From IMG/VR virus record IMGVR_UViG_3300045256_000653, positions 1 through 64,000 of that record: a stretch of DNA of 64,000 bases, one strand, 5' to 3'. The stretch comes from a virus. Positions 58,025 through 64,000 of this stretch are shown here, one piece after another (position 1 is the stretch's first letter; each line of letters begins with the position of its first letter). A model generated the notes under the pieces. That model made no database searches. It saw only the letters and a list, made by a program, of their open reading frames with translations, and was not told the origin of the DNA. The translations under genes and the position numbers were made by a program.

Positions 58025-58996
58025 ATGGGATGGAGGGACCTACTTCAAACAGGCGACGAGACCCTCGTCTCGCCGTGGGTTGGAGGCAGGTCCCTTCGTT
58101 CCGGTCCTCGCACCTGGACGATCGACGGCCGACTCCCTCGGGAGATGGGCTGGTACTCGTTCAAGCTCAACGGACGCCGGGCCACACTAAATGGTTCGGC
58201 CGATCCGGCGAGCGAGGGTTTCAGAGACGTGGTGCGGGGTTACCTGGTCGGCGACCGGCTCGTTCCGGACGGCGCTCGGGTCAACCCCGATCCCACCAAG
58301 ATCGCAGAGGCGACGGAGACCGTTCTCCTCGTTGACCGTGGGCTCGATCGATTCGTGCGGATTGCGGCGGGACGCCTCTTTGATGAGGGCCCGCTCATCT
58401 TCATGAACCAGGAGATGCCCGTTGGCCCCGAGGATGCGGTCAGCAACGCCTACCTTCGCCGGCTTCCTTCAGTGAGTGACATCGCCGGAGTGACCCCGGC
58501 CCTCGAAGCCGCCTTCCGCATGGAAGTGTGGCAGCGAGAAGAAGCCGAACGTCGGCGCCTCGAATTGGAGCGCCAGCGTCGGGAAGAAGAGGAACGCAGG
58601 CAGCGTGAGGAACGGCGCGAGCAGATGGCGCGCCAGCTCGGAACCGGTACCGGACGGCGGGAGATGGCCCTCGTGGACTTCGCCGAAGCCGCTCGTGCTG
58701 CGCTCCGGGTTGGAGGTGCCGAGTATCTCGACCACCGGGCATCGTACCGGCCGGGCGAGATGGTCGTCACCTTCCGGATGCTCAACCGAGCCTTCATGTG
58801 CACGTGCGACGAGAAGACGCTTCGCATCATCGATGCTGGCGTTTGCCTCGGGCACGGGGACGAGAGAGGGGACACGCGGTTCACTCTCGAATCCTTGCCG
58901 GCGGTGATCAACGAAGCTCACCGCACGCATCGATTGGTCGTTCTTCGTCACGTCGGCGATCAGGACGAACCTGATTGGAGGAACGATGACGATTGA
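58025..58996 (+). CDS. Putative E2-like (UBC-fold) protein with N-terminal domain and coiled coil
   Basis: C-terminal IIDAGVCL followed by the TLESLPAVI helix resembles the E2 G-x-x-C-L site. Operon context supports it. Confidence 0.5.
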   Translation: MGWRDLLQTGDETLVSPWVGGRSLRSGPRTWTIDGRLPREMGWYSFKLNGRRATLNGSADPASEGFRDVVRGYLVGDRLVPDGARVNPDPTKIAEATETVLLVDRGLDRFVRIAAGRLFDEGPLIFMNQEMPVGPEDAVSNAYLRRLPSVSDIAGVTPALEAAFRMEVWQREEAERRRLELERQRREEEERRQREERREQMARQLGTGTGRREMALVDFAEAARAALRVGGAEYLDHRASYRPGEMVVTFRMLNRAFMCTCDEKTLRIIDAGVCLGHGDERGDTRFTLESLPAVINEAHRTHRLVVLRHVGDQDEPDWRNDDD

Positions 58997-59393
58997 AGCT
59001 GGAGTTGTTGTGGGGCGCGACGGCGAGGAGGCTGTCTACTGGCATCTTCCTCCCAACAGGAACGTCGTCGCGCTCCCCGACAGCCGAGATCTTTGGGACG
59101 TCTTCTGGGAGAACAGGGATCGCATCTCTGGGTTCGCGCACAGCCATCCCGGGCTCGGCGTTCCCGGCCCCTCCTGGGAAGACCTCACGACATTCGCCGC
59201 CGTCGAAGGCGGTCTGGGTCGTCGCCTCAAGTGGTGGATCACGAGCATGAATGCCGTCTCGGTCCTCACGTGGAAGGGCCCGGGCAAGTACGACTACGAG
59301 CTGACCGTGCTCGACAAGGAACCGTCATGGATTCCGGAGCTACGGCGTCTCTCGCAGAACGAATCAACACCAAACGAGGAGCAGATACGATGA
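58986..59393 (+). CDS. JAB/MPN+ metallopeptidase
   Basis: N-terminal E, then AHSHP....PSWED (HxHx7-8Sx2D). Confidence 0.88.
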   Translation: MTIEAGVVVGRDGEEAVYWHLPPNRNVVALPDSRDLWDVFWENRDRISGFAHSHPGLGVPGPSWEDLTTFAAVEGGLGRRLKWWITSMNAVSVLTWKGPGKYDYELTVLDKEPSWIPELRRLSQNESTPNEEQIR

Positions 59394-59665
59394 CGATTCA
59401 GGAAAACGAGGCCCAGGTGAACATCACCTGGAACGGAACGAACTTCGAGCTTCCGGACCCGGTTCTCTTCGAGGCCGCAGACGGAGACCTCAAGCAGTGG
59501 GCGGCGGAAGCGATTCGCACGGGCTCGATCCCGGGCTTCGCGGCCGATCCGGCCGTGGACCTCCGGAATCACATCGTGGACCGCTTCCCGGCGCCGGCTC
59601 AGGCCGCGCCCGGCCAGCGTACCCACAACCTCATCCAGATTCGCCCGAAGACGGCATTCGGATGA
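59390..59665 (+). CDS. Ubiquitin-like (beta-grasp) protein
   Basis: 91 aa, beta-beta-alpha pattern, ends IRPKTAFG, ATGA-coupled between JAB and E1. Confidence 0.75.
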   Translation: MTIQENEAQVNITWNGTNFELPDPVLFEAADGDLKQWAAEAIRTGSIPGFAADPAVDLRNHIVDRFPAPAQAAPGQRTHNLIQIRPKTAFG

Positions 59666-60237
59666 AGACCGTGGTCATCGTCGGAGTCGGGGCGCTGGGT
59701 TCACACCTCGTGCCCTTGCTCCGGAACGTGGACGCCTCCGTCAAGGTGATCGACTTCGATCGCGTCGAGGCGAAGAACGTCCTCAGCCAGTTTCACGGCA
59801 AGCCGAATGTCGGGAAGCCCAAGGTGCTCTCTCTTCAGAGCACGATGAACTTCCTCTTCGGCAAGAAGATCGAGACCGTTCCCCACAAGCTCGTGGAGAA
59901 CAACGCCACCGAGCTTCTCGGCAAGGCTGATCTCGTCATCGACTGCCTCGACAACGGGGCAGCTCGCAGGATCGTCCAGGGCTTCGTTCGCAAGAACAAC
60001 ACCCCCTGTTTGCATGGGGCTGTCGATGCGAACGGCAGCTTCGGACGCATCGTTTGGGACGAGACGTTCGCAATCGACGACGAAGACAAGGCCGGTGCGC
60101 CCACCTGCGAAAACGGCGAGCACCTCACGTTCTTGTCGATCGTCGCTTCCTACCTGGCGCACGCGGCCAGGGAATTTCTCGTGAAGAATCGCAAGCTCGG
60201 GTATCAGGTGAGCCCGGGTGGGACTATTCTAACGTGA
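59662..60237 (+). CDS. E1/ThiF-family adenylating enzyme
   Basis: VGVGALGS, DFDRVEAKN..Q, K and DCLDN..R motifs, with candidate catalytic Cys in APTCE. Confidence 0.92.
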   Translation: MKTVVIVGVGALGSHLVPLLRNVDASVKVIDFDRVEAKNVLSQFHGKPNVGKPKVLSLQSTMNFLFGKKIETVPHKLVENNATELLGKADLVIDCLDNGAARRIVQGFVRKNNTPCLHGAVDANGSFGRIVWDETFAIDDEDKAGAPTCENGEHLTFLSIVASYLAHAAREFLVKNRKLGYQVSPGGTILT

Positions 60238-60298
60238 CCGCGCTTTTTTCTTAGCACCACGACCGGCGTCGGTGTAAACCAACGCCGGAAGTAACTCT

Positions 60299-60439
60299 GA
60301 GGGATATTGGCCGATGGCAGGCCGCGTGACGGTAACTCACGTGCATACGCACAATCAGGATTGCACTCTCGGACCTCGCAAGGGGCCCAGCTCCTCGTAG
60401 TCCTTACAAGCTTTCTAGGTTCGAATCCTAGGTCCCTCA
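60299..60439 (+). ncRNA. tRNA-like RNA B (GTA anticodon) with module in the variable loop
   Basis: GAGGGAT/GTCCCTC-A acceptor, CGTGA-CGGTAAC-TCACG, insert AGGATTGC..CTCGGACC..GGCCCAG..GTAGTCCT-TACAAGC, and T arm. Confidence 0.8.
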
Positions 60440-60442
60440 CTA

Positions 60443-60610
60443 CTTCGCGCCCAGCAAAACCCGAAAGACCTTACAAGCAAAGTATGCAGGTTCGAATCCT
60501 GCTGAGCCCACCAACGGAGGGTCAAACCTCCGGGGCCCATCGTCTAACGGATAGGACACTCGTTATTCAAACGAGCAATCGCAAACAGGTTTCTCAACTC
60601 GGGCGCGAAG
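60443..60610 (+). ncRNA. Y-RNA-like RNA C: circularly permuted tRNA-Glu(TTC)-like body
   Basis: CTTCGCGCCC-AG / CT-C-GGGCGCGAAG closure. T arm comes first, then internal ACCA, a linker hairpin, and a Glu-type D arm. Confidence 0.8.
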
Positions 60611-60662
60611 GAATTTTTTTCTGTCAGACCCATCTCGGGTCGTCGTCTCTGGAAACATCAAT

Positions 60663-60795
60663 GCCGATCAAGGGCCGTGGGGCCCACCTCTTTGTTAAAG
60701 AGCAACAAATCCTGCATTCACCCCTCGGACCTCGAAAGTGGTCCAGCCCCAACGAGTGCATACAAGCTTGCCAGGTTCGACTCCTGGGATCGGCG
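60663..60795 (+). ncRNA. tRNA-like RNA D (GTT anticodon) with module in the variable loop
   Basis: GCCGATC/GATCGGC-G acceptor, TGCATTC..CTCGGACC..GGTCCAG..GAGTGCA-TACAAGC. Confidence 0.8.
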
Positions 60796-60797
60796 CT

Positions 60798-60927
60798 GAG
60801 GCACCCAGCCTCCCGTAGTGCTCACACGCGAATAGCTCACTCTGGTAGAGCATCTGTTTCGAACACAGAAGGTCACGGGTTCAAATCCCGTTTCGTAACC
60901 AACCAGCATTACAATCTCGGGTGTCTC
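60798..60927 (+). ncRNA. RNA G: tRNA-like body (CGA anticodon, 60826-60901) enclosed by the module through its acceptor ends
   Basis: GAGGCACCC-AG..GTAGTGCT [tRNA] AGCATTAC..CT-C-GGGTGTCTC, followed by a T-tract. Confidence 0.75.
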
Positions 60928-60935
60928 TAATTTTT

Positions 60936-61063
60936 GCGGGTCAGGGCCGTGGGGCCCACTTTCCTCTCCAAGGAACAAACCAGCATGCGCCCTCGGGCCT
61001 CGAAAGGGGCTCAGCTCTCAAGCGTGCTCACAAGCTCGTCAGGTTCGACTCCTGAGACCCGCT
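60936..61063 (+). ncRNA. tRNA-like RNA E (TCC anticodon) with module in the variable loop
   Basis: GCGGGTC/GACCCGC-T acceptor, AGCATGC..CTCGGGCC..GGCTCAG..GCGTGCT-CACAAGC. Confidence 0.8.
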
Positions 61064-61126
61064 CTAACCCGTCATCGAGGCCGGCTGTCCCGCAAGGGCC
61101 TACCGACCTCGAGGCGCGTAAATTAT

Positions 61127-61273
61127 GGGGATGTTACAGAGGGATGGACCCTCGCCTGCCCACGAAGCAGGAGCGAAAGCTCAACCCAGGATCAAACCTC
61201 GGATCTCTTCACCGGGATCCAGCCCCCTCTCGGTCCTTACAAGCCCTCGGTTCGAATCCGAGACATCCCCCCA
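61127..61273 (+). ncRNA. tRNA-like RNA F (ACG anticodon) with module in the variable loop
   Basis: GGGATGT/ACATCCC-C-CCA acceptor, AGGATC..CTCGGATC..GATCCAG..GGTCCT-TACAAGC. Confidence 0.8.
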
Positions 61274-61324
61274 TCTTCTTCCCTCGCAGCTAGCCACCGC
61301 GAGGTGATCGTTTCGCACCGTTAT

Positions 61325-61400
61325 GGTGGGCGTAGCCTAGTGGTAAAGGCGGCGGGTTGTGGCCCCGCAGACGCGAGTTCAATTCTCGTCGCTCACCCCA
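61325..61400 (+). tRNA. tRNA-His(GTG)
   Basis: G-1/C73, loop TTGTGGC, CCA. Confidence 0.9.
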
Positions 61401-61426
61401 ATTTTTCTCCGGTGTAGGCGCCGCGC

Positions 61427-61789
61427 ATGCCGGAGAATTGCCCGAAATGCGGATTCTATCTTGGCGTCGAGCCAAACGTGGAGCTGGAGTGCGACACGCT
61501 CTATCAGCTCGTCACCAACGTGATCCGTCACGTCCGCATGACCGGCAGCAAGATCGTCTCCTCGGATGATCCGATGCGTCTTCGCATCGGTTTCGAGACC
61601 CTTCTTCTGACCGGTCCTCACGCCGCTCGGTGGTCGATCGGTATCGCTAAAGTGCGGGAGGTCAACTTGGCAGCGGCCGAAAGTGCGCAGCTCGCAGCTT
61701 ACATCCCCTTGCTTGCGACGGCCCAAGGAAGGCAACAGATCGCCGACCTTTGGAGTCTCGGTCAAGAGCCCTTTCTTGTTCGTGAATGA
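61427..61789 (+). CDS. Hypothetical protein
   Basis: ATG 10 nt after CGGTGTA, with CPKC. Confidence 0.6.
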   Translation: MPENCPKCGFYLGVEPNVELECDTLYQLVTNVIRHVRMTGSKIVSSDDPMRLRIGFETLLLTGPHAARWSIGIAKVREVNLAAAESAQLAAYIPLLATAQGRQQIADLWSLGQEPFLVRE

Positions 61790-61865
61790 GCCCTCGTGGC
61801 GCAATGGATAGCGCGAGTCTTTCCTAAAGACGAGGTTGCAGGTTCAAGTCCTGCCGGGGGCACCA
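61790..61865 (+). tRNA. tRNA-Arg(CCT)
   Basis: Loop TTCCTAA, CCA. Confidence 0.88.
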
Positions 61866-61880
61866 GTGTAGACCGGGATC

Positions 61881-62396
61881 ATGCCTGGCCTCACCGCAGA
61901 AGATCGTGACTGGCTCTGCTCGCTTGACGTGGAGCTTCATCCCCCGAGAGACACTCGCTCGGCCGGCCGCAAGCTTGCGGACAAGTTTCGAGGGTCCGAG
62001 CCGAAGTTCGCCAAGCCGCGAGCCAAGCTCACTCGGCAAGAGGTTCTACGGATCTTCCAGCTCGTCGAAGAGGCGGACCTCTTCACGATGCTCTACTCGT
62101 CCGGGACGATCTGCGGGGTCGGGATCATCATCTTCGAGCACGAGCAGTTCCCCGGCACGGGCCCGGAGGAGCTTCTTCACTTCTCGGAAGAACACCTTCC
62201 GGAATCGGGCGTGCCGAGCGTCTACGATCGGTTGAAGGGCAAGAAGCCGCCGAAGAAGAAAGCACGCGCTCCGGGAGACTGCGATCCCGACGCCTGGGAG
62301 CTGTTCACCAAGTTCACGCACACCGAGAAGAACCGTCGCTGGATCGACCAGTACGGTCTCGAAATGCACTTCGACAAACAACACTACGACTACTGA
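61881..62396 (+). CDS. Hypothetical protein
   Basis: ATG 10 nt after CAGTGTA. Confidence 0.65.
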   Translation: MPGLTAEDRDWLCSLDVELHPPRDTRSAGRKLADKFRGSEPKFAKPRAKLTRQEVLRIFQLVEEADLFTMLYSSGTICGVGIIIFEHEQFPGTGPEELLHFSEEHLPESGVPSVYDRLKGKKPPKKKARAPGDCDPDAWELFTKFTHTEKNRRWIDQYGLEMHFDKQHYDY

Positions 62397-62443
62397 AAGG
62401 AGGTTACCGCTATGGATGCACCAGATGATTGCGACGATCGTAC

Positions 62444-62519
62444 GGCCTCATGGTCCAGTGGTTAAGGACACCCGCCTGTCACGCGGGAGGCACGGGTTCA
62501 ATTCCCGTTGGGGCCGCCA
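62444..62519 (+). tRNA. tRNA-Asp(GTC)
   Basis: Loop CTGTCAC, GCCA end. Confidence 0.9.
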
Positions 62520-62541
62520 GTGTACAGTGTAGACACGTTGA

Positions 62542-62892
62542 ATGCCGCACCGCGATGTAATCAAAAAGCGGGCCACTTGGCGCCGCTGGTACCAGCGGAA
62601 TAAGCAGACCCACATCAGACGGGTTCGAGCTTGCGACGCAAGAGTGGAGAAGTCGGTGCGTGAGTTTCTCCTGTCTGAAAGGAAGAAGGGTTGCTCACGA
62701 TGCGCAATGAAGCATCCAGCGACCATCGACTTTCACCATGTCTCAGGGACCAAAGAATCCTCCCTTGGGCAGGTGGTCTACGCGAAGTGGTCTCTCAAGA
62801 GAGTTCAGGCGGAAGTCCAGAAGTGTGTGCGCCTTTGCGCTAACTGTCACCGCATCCACCACTGGGAAGAGCGGCAGAGGCTGAAAAAGTAA
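62542..62892 (+). CDS. HNH homing endonuclease
   Basis: CSRC, DFHH and CANCHR motifs. Confidence 0.85.
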   Translation: MPHRDVIKKRATWRRWYQRNKQTHIRRVRACDARVEKSVREFLLSERKKGCSRCAMKHPATIDFHHVSGTKESSLGQVVYAKWSLKRVQAEVQKCVRLCANCHRIHHWEERQRLKK

Positions 62893-62897
62893 AGTTT

Positions 62898-62974
62898 GGG
62901 GTTGTTGAGGAATTGGTTCCCTCGCTTCCTTGTCAAGGAAGAGCATGCGGGTTCGAGCCCCGTCAGCCCCGCCA
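62898..62974 (+). tRNA. tRNA-Asp(GTC), variant
   Basis: Loop TTGTCAA, GCCA end. Confidence 0.8.
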
Positions 62975-63052
62975 GGGAAAGAGCAGTGCGCCGCTTAACG
63001 GTGGCGTTCGCCGGAGTAGAAGCGCTTCACGGCAGCTCGGACCCTGACCAAT

Positions 63053-63127
63053 ACGGACGTGATCTAGCGGCAAAGATGCTGGTTTCCAACTCCAGTCACA
63101 CAGGTTCGAGTCCTGTCGTCCGTGCCA
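63053..63127 (+). tRNA. tRNA-Trp(CCA)
   Basis: Loop TTCCAAC, G73, T-T mismatch at 31:39. Confidence 0.75.
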
Positions 63128-63134
63128 CTTTTCT

Positions 63135-63210
63135 GCGGTCGCATGATCCATGGAGGCGACAGGGATTCCAAATCCCCGTGTGGTGGGTTCAATTCCCTCA
63201 GGCCGCGCCA
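63135..63210 (+). tRNA. tRNA-Trp(CCA), atypical D arm
   Basis: Loop TTCCAAA, GCCA end. Confidence 0.7.
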
Positions 63211-63221
63211 CCTTATCGTTT

Positions 63222-63294
63222 GGGGATGTAGCTCAGTTGGGAGAGCGCCGCGTTCGCAATGCGGAGGCCGAGAGTTCGATCCTCTCCATCTCCA
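63222..63294 (+). tRNA. tRNA-Ala(CGC)
   Basis: G3:U70, loop TTCGCAA. Confidence 0.9.
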
Positions 63295-63580
63295 CCCAAG
63301 TTCTCTTTTATGCGGTGTATCTATTGGGGGTCCGACCGTGGACCAAGAGGTACCTCACAACCTACTGCGAATCGTCAGTGCGGTGGTGATCCTCGTCCTC
63401 AGCTTGCTTCCACACTGCTAGCTTGACGACGTGTCCGGCAACGGTCACGATCATCGTCTAGTACAACCCACGGGGGAACGGCGCGGACCTCGATTGTCCG
63501 CGTCCGCCCGTCAATCATCGATGAAGAAGATTCACGCGCCTCCCTAGCGACTCCTTGTTCAACAACAAGGAGGTGGCATC

Positions 63581-63673
63581 ATGTGCAAGTGGTGTCTGAT
63601 CGCTTCCGCCATTCTCGGCCGGCCCTACATGTGCCGTCCGTGCTGGCGAAAAGCGTATCGCAACAAGAGGTAG
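63581..63673 (+). CDS. 30-aa CxxC..CxxC mini-protein
   Basis: Strong AAGGAGGT SD, MCKWCLIASAILGRPYMCRPCWRKAYRNKR. Confidence 0.6.
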   Translation: MCKWCLIASAILGRPYMCRPCWRKAYRNKR

Positions 63674-63759
63674 CGAAAAGACGTCCTGGCTGCTACGGTG
63701 GCCAGGAACTAAACTCCCCCGGGGTCGCCCGCGAGAGCGGTAACCACGCCGGGGCATTT

Positions 63760-63832
63760 GGGGCTGTAGCTCATCTGGGAGAGCGCATCGATGGCATCGA
63801 TGAGGTAACCGGTTCGATCCCGGTCAGCTCCA
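63760..63832 (+). tRNA. tRNA-Ala(GGC)
   Basis: G3:U70, loop ATGGCAT. Confidence 0.88.
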
Positions 63833-63858
63833 CAAAAGTTCTTGTGGACTCTGTAGGC

Positions 63859-64000
63859 ATGTCTCACGAGGAGATGGTCACCCGTGTGGCCAAACGGGCC
63901 GCCGTAAAGTCACCCAAACAGGTGGCCGACGAGCTTTTTCGCCTCACCGAGGAGACCTTCACGATGGGCAACACGGCCGCGTCGATGGTCCTGGACAAGC
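63859..64000 (+). CDS. Hypothetical protein, 3'-truncated
   Basis: MSHEEMVTRVAKRAAVK..., open to the window end. Confidence 0.5.
   Translation, partial: MSHEEMVTRVAKRAAVKSPKQVADELFRLTEETFTMGNTAASMVLDK

Noticed and set aside
59390-60237. ThiS/ThiF or MoaD/MoeB sulfur relay for cofactor or tRNA thiolation
   Set aside because: No thiolase, rhodanese or cofactor genes are nearby, the E1 lacks Zn CxxC pairs, and JAB plus an E2-like Cys protein favour conjugation. Not fully excluded.
56135-60237. CBASS (Cap2/Cap3) defence locus
   Set aside because: There is no CD-NTase or effector, and a free Ubl is present.
55128-60610. Two-piece tmRNA as the identity of the permuted RNAs
   Set aside because: There is no Ala G3:U70 acceptor, no tag ORF and no pseudoknot region, and the RNAs are too short.
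60299-61273. Group I or BHB introns in tRNAs
   Set aside because: The inserts are ~60-70 nt, lie in the variable region, and recur as terminal stems in the permuted copies.
62975-63052. Eighth module-bearing RNA (contains CTCGGACC)
   Set aside because: It has no matching CCAG helix, ACAAGC or T arm. It is only a structured spacer.
50293-63757. Many short ORFs overlapping tRNAs and ncRNAs (e.g. 60307-60930, 54870-55244)
   Set aside because: They are translations of RNA genes.
1-64000. Stop-codon recoding
   Set aside because: Genes are intact in the standard code, all three stops are used, and there are no suppressor tRNAs.

Overview
This GC-rich window looks like part of a large (jumbo-type) tailed phage genome. 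It has no rRNA or host housekeeping operons and no integrase. A myxobacterial or similar high-GC host is inferred only. 1-13 kb: accessory, nucleotide and RNA-repair genes (papain protease, thymidine kinase, dual-specificity phosphatase, HAD nucleotidase, RNA ligase, MTase-SNF2 helicase fusion, metallophosphoesterase). 13.4-33.4 kb: minus-strand cassette of paralogous tail-fibre/virion proteins. 33.4-49.8 kb: proteases, peptide deformylase, dCTP deaminase, a receiver domain, two sigma-like proteins, a DNA MTase and a GIY-YIG nuclease. 49.9-64 kb: an array of 26 tRNA genes with two HNH genes. The main finding lies inside the array. It is a tightly coupled operon: Ro60/TROVE-like helical+vWA protein, E2-like protein, JAB peptidase, ubiquitin-like protein (ends -FG) and E1/ThiF. 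The operon is flanked by seven tRNA-derived ncRNAs. Each carries the same covarying extra module (helix, pyrimidine-rich internal loop, CUCGG/CYAG bulged helix, ACAAGC-like tail). The module is grafted onto tRNA bodies with different anticodons in three topologies: in the variable loop, circularly permuted, or on the acceptor ends. I also noted a recurrent CGGTGTA-N9/10-start-codon motif (probable leaderless promoter), a leader-peptide attenuator before the tRNA array, and a shared N-terminal 'RVAxRF' peptide motif. All calls were made by eye, with no searches or folding runs.
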